This document shows, in pieces, positions 23,184-32,000 of a DNA stretch of 32,000 nucleotides. The notes beneath the pieces were generated by a model. It was given only the letters and a program-made list of their open reading frames with translations, did not search any database and was not told where the DNA came from. The position numbers were made by a program, and so were the translations under genes. Position 1 is the first letter of the stretch. Every line of letters starts with the position of its first letter. The DNA is taken from assembly GCA_031316235.1 (NCBI GenBank), contig JALDRA010000001.1:90001-122000 (forward strand). Reading direction: 5' to 3'. Origin of the DNA: Candidatus Scalindua sp. (lineage in GTDB: Bacteria > Planctomycetota > Brocadiia > Brocadiales > Scalinduaceae).

Positions 23184-23323
23184 TATACTCACCTTATACT
23201 AGTCTTCGGATACAATCCGAAAAAAACGGAACGGGTACAAGTCCTCGGCTCCTTTTGTCCGAGGATACCAGCAACCTGGCTCTGGTTTTCAGGAAAATCT
23301 AAAACCAGAGTGACTTTAGTATA
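23184..23323 (+). mobile_element. MITE copy C24 (long variant) in the putative 5' leader of the HtrA-type gene
   Basis: tatactcaccttatactagtcttcggatacaatccg...acaagtcctcggctccttttgtccgaggatacc...aaaatctaaaaccagagtgactttagtata. Confidence 0.8.
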
Positions 23324-23387
23324 TCATGGTATTTTTTCCTGAACCCTCAGCGGCCGTGGAACTTTTTCTCATCTTATATACGTAATT

Positions 23388-24512
23388 ATGATAAAACTTC
23401 CCCATACAACGAACCGTGTTTTCACCAAATGGATCAGAATTGCCATTATTCTGGTAACCGTACTGGTCGTGGCCAACTTCCTAGGCATCTCACCCTGGAA
23501 ACCCAAGGTAGAGATGCGCCCGGTAGTACAACCCGCAGGAGAGCTGGGTGTAGAAGAAAGAGTCACCATGGAAATCTTTGAAAAGGTATCTCCTTCAGTA
23601 GTGTATATAACCAACAAGAGGTTGAAACGTGATTTCTTTTCACTTACGGTTACAGAAATCCCCCAGGGTACCGGTTCAGGGTTTTTGTGGGATACTGAGG
23701 GTCATATTGTAACAAACTTCCATGTCATCTATCAGGCAGACGAGGTGGCCGTCAGGCTGCAGGATGGAAAAAGTTATGATGCGGTATTTGTAGGTGCAGA
23801 TCCTGACCATGATCTGGCTGTCTTACGCATAAATCCTGCAAACCTGAATATACCTCCGGTCATGATCGGCAGCTCCAAAGATCTGCGTGTCGGCCAGAAA
23901 GTGCTTGCCATCGGGAATCCCTTTGGTCTTGATTCAACTTTGACCACCGGCATAATCAGTGCCCTGGGGCGGTCTATTCAATCTATGACAAACCGATATA
24001 TTCATGATGTCATCCAGACGGATGCCGCAATAAATCCCGGAAATTCCGGAGGTCCCCTCTTAGACTCCTTTGGCAGACTGATAGGTGTAAATACTGCCAT
24101 CATAAGCCCGAGCGGTTCCTATGCAGGAGTAGGCTTTGCCGTTCCGGTGGATACGATCAACCTGATTGCTACACAACTGATCAATTCAGGTAAGGTGGAA
24201 CGACCAGGTCTCGGTGTTTCTCTGGTTCCCGACCATATCATGGCCAAGTGGGGTATTGAAGGAGTCTGTATTCTTCAGACACATAAAGGCGGTTCGGCTG
24301 AATCAGCAGGGCTGAAAGAGTCAATCAGGCTGCCAGGAGGACGAATTGAGTTAGGCGACATAATCGTTGAATGCGACGGCTCACCAGTAAAAACGAGCTC
24401 TGATCTTATCAAGATTCTCGACAGGCATAAAGTGGGGGATGAAATCGAGCTGGTAATTTTCAGAGACAGTAAAGAGAAGAGGATCATGGTGAAACTGCAG
24501 GCAGTTAATTAG
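23388..24512 (+). CDS. HtrA/DegP-family serine protease (trypsin-like domain plus one PDZ)
   Basis: Catalytic-triad contexts TNFHVI, HDLAVLRI, GNSGGPLLD. N-terminal TM anchor. C-terminal PDZ-like region. Confidence 0.9.
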   Translation: MIKLPHTTNRVFTKWIRIAIILVTVLVVANFLGISPWKPKVEMRPVVQPAGELGVEERVTMEIFEKVSPSVVYITNKRLKRDFFSLTVTEIPQGTGSGFLWDTEGHIVTNFHVIYQADEVAVRLQDGKSYDAVFVGADPDHDLAVLRINPANLNIPPVMIGSSKDLRVGQKVLAIGNPFGLDSTLTTGIISALGRSIQSMTNRYIHDVIQTDAAINPGNSGGPLLDSFGRLIGVNTAIISPSGSYAGVGFAVPVDTINLIATQLINSGKVERPGLGVSLVPDHIMAKWGIEGVCILQTHKGGSAESAGLKESIRLPGGRIELGDIIVECDGSPVKTSSDLIKILDRHKVGDEIELVIFRDSKEKRIMVKLQAVN

Positions 24513-24514
24513 TG

Positions 24515-24572
24515 GTTGAACGAAAACTGCCCATCTGCTGCGTTACGGTCTTAATTCCTTAATACTCCGGTA
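24515..24572. repeat. Element J fragment (left end with internal deletion)
   Basis: ggttgaacgaaaactgcccatctgctgcgttacgg...ctccggtac parallels 1437-1515. Confidence 0.5.
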
Positions 24573-24577
24573 CATTA

Positions 24578-24662
24578 GTACAAGTCCTCGGCTTTTGTCC
24601 AGGAACACCAGCAACCAGGCTTTGGTTTTCAGAGAAACCGAAAACCAGATCGGTTTTCGTAT
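24578..24662 (+). mobile_element. MITE copy C25, 5'-truncated
   Basis: gtacaagtcctcggcttttgtccaggaacaccagcaaccaggctttggttttcagagaaaccgaaaaccagatcggttttcgtat. Confidence 0.7.
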
Positions 24663-24675
24663 CCTCACAATAATA

Positions 24676-25953
24676 ATGACTGAAAGAGATAAAACAGAAC
24701 AAATACCGTTCGGTTTGAGGGCAAAATATTTGTTAACAAATCCAAATACCGTTATCGAGAACGGTGCCGTTATTATCAGAAATAGCAGGATAGCTTTTGC
24801 CGGAAGTTTCAGTGATATTCCCGGGAATCAGCCGCATGGCATGACAGACCTTGGAAACTCAGCAATAGTGCCAGGTCTCATTAATGCACATACTCATCTT
24901 GAGTTGACGCATCTTGATGGCAGGATCGATTTTACCGGAAGTTTTGCAGACTGGATACGTAAAATCATAGAGGCGAAAAAAGCCTGGACTGAGCACGACT
25001 GCACCTTATCGGTACGTGCAGGGATAAAAAAGTGCATTGAGGCGGGGACTACCACTATAGCTGATGTTACGAGAAACGGCTTTTCCCTGAAGGAACTGCA
25101 GAAGAGTAAACTCAGGAAGGTTCTGTTTTATGAGGTAATCAACTTTGATCCTTCTCAGGCAGAAGCTATAATGAGAGATTTCAAGACAAGGGTCACTGGA
25201 ATGAAAGAAGACCCCCTACTTGCGACCGGCATCTTTCCCCATTCACCCTATACGGTATCAAACGAACTGTATACCCGATGCAGCAACGTTTCAGACGAGT
25301 TGAAAATACTTATTTCTACCCATATCTGCGAAACAGATGAGGAAATTGAGTTTTTGACAAAAGGAACTGGAAATTTAGCAGAGCTGCTCAGCGACCTCAA
25401 TATGCTGAAGGAGTGGGCAGCACCCGGCTTAAGGCCAATAGCATATCTGGACAACCTGGGGATCTTGAAGCGTAATGTATTACTTGCCCATTGCAATTAT
25501 GTTTCACAGGAAGAACTCATGATGGTAAAGAGAGCAAAAGCACAGGTAGTCTTTTGCCCAAAAAGCCACCGCTATTTCCAGCACAAAAATCATCCCTTCC
25601 GTGAATTTATTGATCACAACATAAACACAGCCCTGGGAACTGACAGCCTTGCAAGTAATGACTCGCTCAGCATCCTGGATGAGATGAAACATCTTTACAA
25701 CCAGGAAAATGGCATGGAACCTCAAGACATTTTCTCAATGGGCACTGTCGGCGGTGCAAGAGCGTTAGGGCTGGGAGAAAGAACCGGCAGACTTGAACCG
25801 GGTTTTGACGCAGATATTACGGTAATACAGCTTCCTGAATATGATAATGAAAATTTTTTTGAAAATTTTTTTTCTCAAGAATCACACGCTATTTTCAGTG
25901 TTGTTTCCGGCTCTCTCTGTTTTGATAAATACGGGCTGTATAATCCATTGTGA
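24676..25953 (+). CDS. Metal-dependent amidohydrolase (chlorohydrolase/nucleoside-deaminase-like)
   Basis: [14 protein letters not shown] (HxH metal motif) and later HCNY / GTDS motifs. The ORF-track start at 24595 lies in MITE C25, so ATG at 24676 (MTERDK) is preferred. Confidence 0.8.
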   Translation: MTERDKTEQIPFGLRAKYLLTNPNTVIENGAVIIRNSRIAFAGSFSDIPGNQPHGMTDLGNSAIVPGLINAHTHLELTHLDGRIDFTGSFADWIRKIIEAKKAWTEHDCTLSVRAGIKKCIEAGTTTIADVTRNGFSLKELQKSKLRKVLFYEVINFDPSQAEAIMRDFKTRVTGMKEDPLLATGIFPHSPYTVSNELYTRCSNVSDELKILISTHICETDEEIEFLTKGTGNLAELLSDLNMLKEWAAPGLRPIAYLDNLGILKRNVLLAHCNYVSQEELMMVKRAKAQVVFCPKSHRYFQHKNHPFREFIDHNINTALGTDSLASNDSLSILDEMKHLYNQENGMEPQDIFSMGTVGGARALGLGERTGRLEPGFDADITVIQLPEYDNENFFENFFSQESHAIFSVVSGSLCFDKYGLYNPL

Positions 25954-26005
25954 CTCACTACAAAGTTCATCTGTCAGAAGAACCCATGCGAGGAGTAATT
26001 CCAAG

Positions 26006-27274
26006 ATGCTTGACATAAATCTTATCCGGCGGGATTTCGAAAAAGTAAAAAACGCCATTATAAATAAAAATGAAAAAACCTGCATAGAATCTTTACGAGA
26101 GCTTGATTCAAGACACAGGAGCCTTTTACATGAGTGTGAGCAGCTGAGACACCAGAGAAAGACCTCCTCGAAGCAGATAAGCGGATTAAAGTCTGGGCAG
26201 GAAGACGCTTCGGCCCTGATTAAGAGAATGAAGGGTGTCTCTGATGATATCAAACAATTAGAAGGAGAGATAAAAAAGATATCTGAGGAGATTCACTACA
26301 TGCTCCTGAGAATTCCCAATATTCCGGCAGATGATGTTCCCGTTGGAGCAGACCCGGAGTCAAACATCGAGGTTAAATCCTGGGGAGACAAAAAGGGTTT
26401 TACCTTTACCCCTCTCCCGCACTGGGAGCTTGGCAAGTCGCTTGATATCCTGGATTTTGAGAGGGCATCAAAAATTTCAGGGACAGGTTTTACCATTTAC
26501 AAGGGTGCTGGTGCACTGCTGGAACGTGCCCTCTACAGCTTCATGTTAGATCTTCACACCAGGGAACACGGGTACAAAGAGATAATTCCTCCACTTCTTG
26601 TAAACAGAGCTTCCATGATTGGTACCGGCCAATTGCCAAAGCTCGAAGAGGATATGTATAAGACTTCCGATGATGACCTGTTTCTCATTCCTACCGGTGA
26701 GGTTCCCGTAACCAATATCCATGCAAACGAGATCTTATCTTACCAGGAGCTTCCAATTAGCTACGCCTCCTGTACCGCATGTTTCAGGCGTGAAGCCGGA
26801 TCACATGGAAAAGACACCCGGGGCATGATGCGGGTGCATCAATTTAACAAAGTGGAGCTGGTAAAATTAGTACAGCCAGAGACCTCATACCAGGAACTTG
26901 AATCTCTCGTATCGGCAGCGGAAAAGGTTATGCAGTTATTAGGGCTGCAGTACCGGATAATAAAGTTGTGTACGGGTGACCTGAGTTTCGCTGCTGCAAA
27001 ATGCTATGACATTGAGGCCTGGTCACCCGGGATTAATAAGTACCTCGAAGTCTCTTCCTGCAGTAATTTTGAAGATTTTCAGGCAAGACGCTGTTCAATA
27101 CGATTCCGGGATGAAAACGGTACACTGAAATTCGTACACACATTAAACGGATCAGGGGTTGCGCTGCCGAGAACCATGATCGCAATCATGGAAACTTATC
27201 AGCAGGAAGACGGTACAATCGAAGTTCCACCAGTGCTGATACCTTACATGGGCGGATTGCGGTTCATACAATAA
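26006..27274 (+). CDS. serS: Seryl-tRNA synthetase
   Basis: [15 protein letters not shown]... coiled-coil arm, then a class-II core ([39 protein letters not shown]). The ORF-track start at 25841 overlaps the upstream gene, so ATG at 26006 is preferred. Confidence 0.95.
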   Translation: MLDINLIRRDFEKVKNAIINKNEKTCIESLRELDSRHRSLLHECEQLRHQRKTSSKQISGLKSGQEDASALIKRMKGVSDDIKQLEGEIKKISEEIHYMLLRIPNIPADDVPVGADPESNIEVKSWGDKKGFTFTPLPHWELGKSLDILDFERASKISGTGFTIYKGAGALLERALYSFMLDLHTREHGYKEIIPPLLVNRASMIGTGQLPKLEEDMYKTSDDDLFLIPTGEVPVTNIHANEILSYQELPISYASCTACFRREAGSHGKDTRGMMRVHQFNKVELVKLVQPETSYQELESLVSAAEKVMQLLGLQYRIIKLCTGDLSFAAAKCYDIEAWSPGINKYLEVSSCSNFEDFQARRCSIRFRDENGTLKFVHTLNGSGVALPRTMIAIMETYQQEDGTIEVPPVLIPYMGGLRFIQ

Positions 27275-27509
27275 ATGTCCTGTAAAATACCAAGGGGTAA
27301 ATAATTTTGAGAATACCAGGGTATGTGTTTGCGTGGAATTTCGATCTCCCGATTGAACAAAACCAGATGTCCGGCAATACGCAGCTGAGGATTTCTCCCG
27401 GAAAACAAAAGTCGAGGACTCCTTGATTGAGAGCCATGGTAATCACCGCAAGGATTGCACTCCTGCAGACCCGTCTCGTGAATCGGGCAGGGAAAGCTGA
27501 TTTGATTCG

Positions 27510-27992
27510 CTACCTCTCTTCTGACTTGATTAGTGTTACAACCGCTTGAGCCGCTGCTGCTTCAACTCTCCCGATCGAGCCCAGCCCTTCTGTTGTTGTT
27601 GCCTTTACGTTTACCCGCTCAGAATTAACATCCAATATTTCCGCTATACGGTCTGCCATTCTGCGCTTGTATCGACCGATCTTCGGCTCCTGGGAAATAA
27701 AGATAATATCAACATTATTCACACGCAAGTCTCTTCCTTTGACGAGCTGCATGATCCTTTCAAGCAAAATGTGGCTTGATACCCCTTTCCAATCGGGATC
27801 GGTATCAGGGAAGATCTCACCGATATCCCCCAGGGATGCAGCCCCCAGTAATGCATCGCCGATGGCATGCAATACAACATCGGCGTCAGAATGGCCTAAC
27901 AAGCCCAGAGGGTAATCTACCTGAATACCCCCGAGAATCAATTTCCTGTCCTTTACAAACCGGTGAATATCGTAGCCAATTCCTACATACAT
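27510..27992 (-). CDS. ispF: 2-C-methyl-D-erythritol 2,4-cyclodiphosphate synthase
   Basis: GIGYDIHRF...GHSDADVVLHAIGDALLGAASLGDIGEIFPDTDPDWKG, 160 aa. Confidence 0.95.
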   Translation of the reverse strand: MYVGIGYDIHRFVKDRKLILGGIQVDYPLGLLGHSDADVVLHAIGDALLGAASLGDIGEIFPDTDPDWKGVSSHILLERIMQLVKGRDLRVNNVDIIFISQEPKIGRYKRRMADRIAEILDVNSERVNVKATTTEGLGSIGRVEAAAAQAVVTLIKSEER

Positions 27993-28025
27993 GATGCGTT
28001 TAGGGCCCGTGAAGGCAAAAAAATA

Positions 28026-28904
28026 TCAGAGTCCCTGTTTTTTCAACTCCGTAATCTTTGCCTGGGCTTTCTTTCTCAGGTTCTCATCTTTACCCATTTT
28101 CAAGGCTAGTTCATAATACTGCAGTGCCCTGGCATTATCCTTAAGATGTTCTTCATAAATACTTGCAGCCATATACCTTGCCGGTCTGTTCGTATTCGGA
28201 TTCAAGGTAAAACATTTAACGTAATATGCTGCAGCCACTTCATAATCCTGAAAAAAGAATCCCGCAAAGATCTCAGCCAGTTCGTATGCAGCATCGTCTG
28301 CCAGATCGCTCCCGGGATAATAATCCAAAATCTTTTTAAACCGCTTAACCGCGGTATTTAAATTCGATTTTTTATTTATGATATTAAAAGATTTTTTATA
28401 CATCTTGCCATCCTCAAACAGGATATTTGCCTCCTCAATATTTTTATCTGGTTTGAACGTAACTGGTTCCTCTATGATCAGAAGGTACTCATATTCGGGT
28501 ATTTTATTGAGGGCTTTTGTCTCTTTTCTCACCTGCTCCAATCTCAGAGCATAGCCGATATCGAGATAAAACTGGGATAGATCCGCTAATGCTTTCTTAT
28601 AATTATTTCTCGATGAAATGAGGGAGTTTACCAGTTGCTCTTCCTTCGCTTTGTTTCCTGCCTGATCTCCCTTAAATTTCGTCTCACATTGAAAACAATA
28701 TTTCCTGCCGTCAGGAACTTCCGCAGGACAGTACTCACAGGTTACCGCCCAGGCGAAATCAGGCAAAACAAGTGTGTAAATCAAAAAAAATGCGGGCAAC
28801 AGAACTGCGGATAGATAACTCTTCCTATCGACAAAAGGCCGAATGCCGAAGGTACCTGTAGTGTGTTGAAGATCCTCTTGTTCAAAAAAATGTTGATCCT
28901 TCAT
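28026..28904 (-). CDS. Membrane-anchored protein with a Cys4 zinc-ribbon and a TPR-like C-terminal region
   Basis: TM helix (LSAVLLPAFFLIYTLVL), CEYCPAEVPDGRKYCFQC, then helical repeats (YPGSDLADDAAYELAEIF...ALQYYELALKMG). Confidence 0.6.
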   Translation of the reverse strand: MKDQHFFEQEDLQHTTGTFGIRPFVDRKSYLSAVLLPAFFLIYTLVLPDFAWAVTCEYCPAEVPDGRKYCFQCETKFKGDQAGNKAKEEQLVNSLISSRNNYKKALADLSQFYLDIGYALRLEQVRKETKALNKIPEYEYLLIIEEPVTFKPDKNIEEANILFEDGKMYKKSFNIINKKSNLNTAVKRFKKILDYYPGSDLADDAAYELAEIFAGFFFQDYEVAAAYYVKCFTLNPNTNRPARYMAASIYEEHLKDNARALQYYELALKMGKDENLRKKAQAKITELKKQGL

Positions 28905-29000
28905 GACAGACTCTCTCTCTAGAGTTTTGTGGAGCTGCAGAGCAGAAACGTCGTTTCTTACCGTGACAAAATTTATGAATCACAGGGGTTTCTCAGATGA

Positions 29001-30776
29001 TCAATTGCGGCTGCTTTTACGTATCAGCTCCTTCGTACGTTCGTACAGTAATTTTAAATCAGAAATCTGCCTGTTTATCTCTTCCCGTTCAGACCACCGG
29101 TGGTCTCTATGGGCAGATATCTTATTTCCGATCTCCTCGATTACCCGATCAACAACTTTTTCAAACTCAAACATCATTAAATTGTTGAATCTTTCACATA
29201 CGGCATCCGTTCTCTTAAAAAACTCTTTCCGATACTTTCTCCGTTTTATTGGAAAAATCACAAAACCTGCCCCTGCAAGAATTAATGTGAAGGAAACGCC
29301 TATAACATTCGGGATTACAAAGGCCAGAAAGGTTGTAAGGCTTATTATTATACCAATTGCAAGCCCTTCCAGAATAATGAAATTAACAAATCCATTTTGT
29401 ACCGCCCGGTGCATCCTCTCCACCTCTAATTCACCATCAAGTTCCTGGAATTGCTTTGCATACTCTTTTAAATTACCATACTCTTCAGCTCCGATGCTAT
29501 CGAAGTGATGGTCCTTCCGAACCAGTGAGGCTTCACCTGATTTGCGTTGATTATCAATTTCCGTTTCTACGTAATCATACGCCATGTCCCACAGGATATT
29601 GTTGTTTCTGTCGATATACTCAATAGCATCCTTTATGATTCTGTCTATATCAGTACCGGGCCCGGTAAACCCGAATACCTCCCGTTTAAACTTTTCATCG
29701 ATCTTATCCCGTGAAAATTTCATGGCAATTACCGATCTGATGTTCACATAATAATTCAGAAAGCTCTCGACTTTCTCTTTTAATCTTGAAAAAATTGCCT
29801 GGATCTCGGTCTGGTATTTAGCAAGATACTCACGCATATCTTTTTTCTTGTTTTCCAACCGCTTCTGAAACATTTCAACATTCTTAATTTCTGTATTACA
29901 CTGCTTTACTTTTTTATCAAGAATATCTCTGCGTTCATTTAAGATATTTAACAGGTATTGCAGCGGGCTCAATATCTTAAGGTCCATTCTGGACTCGAAA
30001 TCTAATTTATCATAGATAAAATCTTCTACCTCTTCAATGTTGCTTTTTATCAATAATTCTTTATCTTGAGAATGTTTGGCATTAAATGCATCCCTGGCTG
30101 ACACTTTAATGATCTTTGGTTCAAAGCCAAAGATCCTGTAAAAGTTTTTCTCGATGAAGGGCAATATTTCATTCGTGTCTTCATCGGTTTTCAGGTCAAT
30201 CTTATTGAGTATGACCACCAGTTTTCTCCCCCACTTTCCCTTGAGAAGCTGCAGAAACAACTTTTCACTTTCAGTAAAGGGCCGGTCTGCTGATGTGATA
30301 AAAAGAACCAGCTCAGCCCGATGGATAAACCCTTCGGTAATCGCCTGATGCTCAGTGATTATTGAATTTGTTCCAGGTGTATCGACAACGGTAATATCCT
30401 TTAGTGCATTAAGAGGATATGTCATCCTGCATTGATGATCATCAACCTCTTCAGAAGAGATATCATCACCATACGTCAGGAGCGTAATTTTGTGTGTGGA
30501 AGGAGTCGGTCCTGCGGGTAATATCTTCTGTCCGCAAAGTGCGTTAACGAGGCTGGATTTTCCGGCATTATACTCCCCGGCTACAATGATATAGAGAGGC
30601 TCCCTCATCTGAGACGCCATTTCTGCAACCTTTTTTTCTATCGCGACATCTCCAACTCGATAAAAAAACCCTTTCGCTTCTTCGAGGAGATTGATAACGC
30701 GGGAGAATCTATCCTCTTTTTCTTCAGTTTTTGCTATTTCCAACATAATATTCATAGTGATTAACAAGCCAGCCAC
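29001..30776 (-). CDS. Bacterial dynamin-like GTPase
   Basis: G1 GEYNAGKSSLVNAL, G3 DTPG, G4 NKID. Long helical stalk and a hydrophobic hairpin near the C-terminus (FIILEGLAIGIIISLTTFLAFVIPNVIGVSFTLILAGAGFVIF). Confidence 0.8.
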   Translation of the reverse strand: MAGLLITMNIMLEIAKTEEKEDRFSRVINLLEEAKGFFYRVGDVAIEKKVAEMASQMREPLYIIVAGEYNAGKSSLVNALCGQKILPAGPTPSTHKITLLTYGDDISSEEVDDHQCRMTYPLNALKDITVVDTPGTNSIITEHQAITEGFIHRAELVLFITSADRPFTESEKLFLQLLKGKWGRKLVVILNKIDLKTDEDTNEILPFIEKNFYRIFGFEPKIIKVSARDAFNAKHSQDKELLIKSNIEEVEDFIYDKLDFESRMDLKILSPLQYLLNILNERRDILDKKVKQCNTEIKNVEMFQKRLENKKKDMREYLAKYQTEIQAIFSRLKEKVESFLNYYVNIRSVIAMKFSRDKIDEKFKREVFGFTGPGTDIDRIIKDAIEYIDRNNNILWDMAYDYVETEIDNQRKSGEASLVRKDHHFDSIGAEEYGNLKEYAKQFQELDGELEVERMHRAVQNGFVNFIILEGLAIGIIISLTTFLAFVIPNVIGVSFTLILAGAGFVIFPIKRRKYRKEFFKRTDAVCERFNNLMMFEFEKVVDRVIEEIGNKISAHRDHRWSEREEINRQISDLKLLYERTKELIRKSSRN

Positions 30777-30925
30777 AAATTGGATACCCTGATATGGATC
30801 TGTATCTAAACCTCCCTCTCAAAAAGATTATATGCTCTCATATGTATGCGTCAAGCAAATTTTCTCTTCATACTCATTGCAATTGAATCAGGTAATCGGG
30901 CAAAGTTCTGCCGCAATAGCTGTAA

Positions 30926-31843
30926 TTAAAACCCTCCACTTAATTGTTTATATATCGATACCTCCCGCATTGCCTTATCCTTATCTCCCTTATTCCAATA
31001 CGCATAGCCGAGATTATTGTGGGCATCAGGAAATGTGGGATTTATCTCTATCGCCTTGAGAAGTATGGTTATGGCCTCATCAAACATCCCCTTTTCACAA
31101 TAAATCATACCAATGTTACTATACGCTTCAACAAATTTTGAATCAAGCTCTATCACCTTCTGAAATTCCTTTATTGCATCATCATGCATTCCACGTTCAT
31201 AATAAAGAAATCCAAGGTTATTGTAGGCTTCCTTAAAATTCGGGTTAAGTTCTATGGACTTCTTAAGTTCAGAAATTGCTTCATCGTACAATCCCATACC
31301 ATGAAGAACATTTTCAAGTGTGTAGTGAATATCCGGATTATCGGGATCAATATCAAGCGCTGACTTAAGTTCCGCCATGGCCTTTTCAAGAAAACCCAGC
31401 TTGAAATAAGCATGCCCGATGTTCCGATACGCTTCAGCATTTCCGGGTTCAATTTCGAGCACTTTCCGCAGCTCTTCAATACTTTCGTTATACTGCTCCT
31501 GATCAGCGTAGAGAAGTGACAGATTGGTTCGTGCCTCAATAAAATCGGGTTTTATCCTGATAGCCTTTTTATACTCAACGACTGCGTCATTATACCTCCT
31601 TTTCTTAGCATACAGAATACCAAGATTGAAATGCGCATCCGGGTTTTCAGGATTTGTCTCAACTTCTTTATTATAGTGTATAATTTTTTTGTCATCTTCC
31701 TTCATACCATGAGTATGCTTGTCTATATGCTCGGCATACTCTTTATCCAAATGCTCCTGATCTTCATCAGCCGCATAGCTGCAACCCGTAAAACCAAAAG
31801 CAACTACCCAAAACACAAAGATGATACACATACACTTGCTCAT
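30926..31843 (-). CDS. TPR-repeat lipoprotein
   Basis: Lipobox-like FGFTGC after a signal peptide. About 7 canonical TPR units (A..Y..A..L.P...A..NLG). Confidence 0.8.
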   Translation of the reverse strand: MSKCMCIIFVFWVVAFGFTGCSYAADEDQEHLDKEYAEHIDKHTHGMKEDDKKIIHYNKEVETNPENPDAHFNLGILYAKKRRYNDAVVEYKKAIRIKPDFIEARTNLSLLYADQEQYNESIEELRKVLEIEPGNAEAYRNIGHAYFKLGFLEKAMAELKSALDIDPDNPDIHYTLENVLHGMGLYDEAISELKKSIELNPNFKEAYNNLGFLYYERGMHDDAIKEFQKVIELDSKFVEAYSNIGMIYCEKGMFDEAITILLKAIEINPTFPDAHNNLGYAYWNKGDKDKAMREVSIYKQLSGGF

Positions 31844-31886
31844 GACTCCCTCTCTTTATTTTCAAAAAACCCTGTTCCGATTGAAA

Positions 31887-32000
31887 TATACTAAAACCGA
31901 TCTGGTTTTAGATTTCTCTGAAAACCAAAGCCTGGTTACTGGTATTCCCGGACAAAAGTCGCCGGGGACTTTCCCCTGACACAAAACGCCAAGGACTTTA
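31887..32000 (-). mobile_element. MITE copy C26 (duplicated GC-hairpin variant), cut by the window end
   Basis: tatactaaaaccgatctggttttagatttctctgaaaaccaaagcctggttactggtattcccggacaaaagtcgccggggacttt... Confidence 0.75.

Noticed and set aside
25841-26005. Long N-terminal extension of serS (ORF-track start 25841) and of the amidohydrolase (24595)
   Set aside because: The serS extension overlaps the upstream gene, and the canonical SerS N-terminus MLDINLIR starts at 26006. The amidohydrolase extension is MITE-encoded (NQALVFRETENQIGF).
27275-27509. Possible small RNA in the serS-ispF convergent spacer (GC-richer, several short hairpins)
   Set aside because: I found no tRNA cloverleaf or T-loop, no SRP, 6S or tmRNA signature motifs, and no clear terminator with a U-tract.

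Overview
AT-rich bacterial chromosomal window; the taxon cannot be determined from it. No rRNA, tRNA, CRISPR array or transposase gene was recognised. Ordinary housekeeping genes are present: glmS, serS, ispF, an HtrA-type protease, a DegT-type aminotransferase, ParA, a PlsC-type acyltransferase, an amidohydrolase, a dynamin-like GTPase and TPR proteins. The intergenic space between them is built almost entirely from a few interlocking repeat families.

(1) Seven loci in the first 17 kb, all on the minus strand, carry a four-helix-bundle gene (23S rRNA IVS protein / S23-IVP family, the fold family of DGR Avd). One copy is intact (5313-5684). Two are in-frame 74-aa deletion derivatives. Three are split by a MITE at the same TA. 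One is a 5' stub.

(2) Eight tandem arrays (110-380 bp) of 7-8 nt units (GGTTCAG/GGTTCTG/GGTTCAA, flanked by ATGGCTGA/ATGGCTCA units) all have the G-rich strand on plus. Most are joined to the 3' end of a four-helix-bundle ORF. Inverted ATGGCTSA units bracket the ORFs.

(3) There are about 26 copies of an 85-145 bp modular MITE, similar in design to Neisseria Correia elements. Three filled-versus-empty site comparisons inside the window indicate a TA duplication.

(4) A 166-bp MITE with perfect 21-bp terminal inverted repeats and 9-bp target duplications occurs twice, each time nested inside another repeat.

(5) There are N-terminal stubs of GxxExxY-type (PD-(D/E)XK) genes, a third IR-bounded element, and a conserved ~195-bp segment of unknown function.

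Collateral damage is visible: a mazEF-like toxin-antitoxin pair destroyed by MITEs, a ClpC-type gene that looks pseudogenised, gene ends encoded by repeat sequence, and a glmS upstream region with only 33 bp of unique DNA.

The most unusual feature is the repeated ORF-plus-satellite cassette. It fits neither known context of this protein family (rRNA intervening sequence or diversity-generating retroelement).
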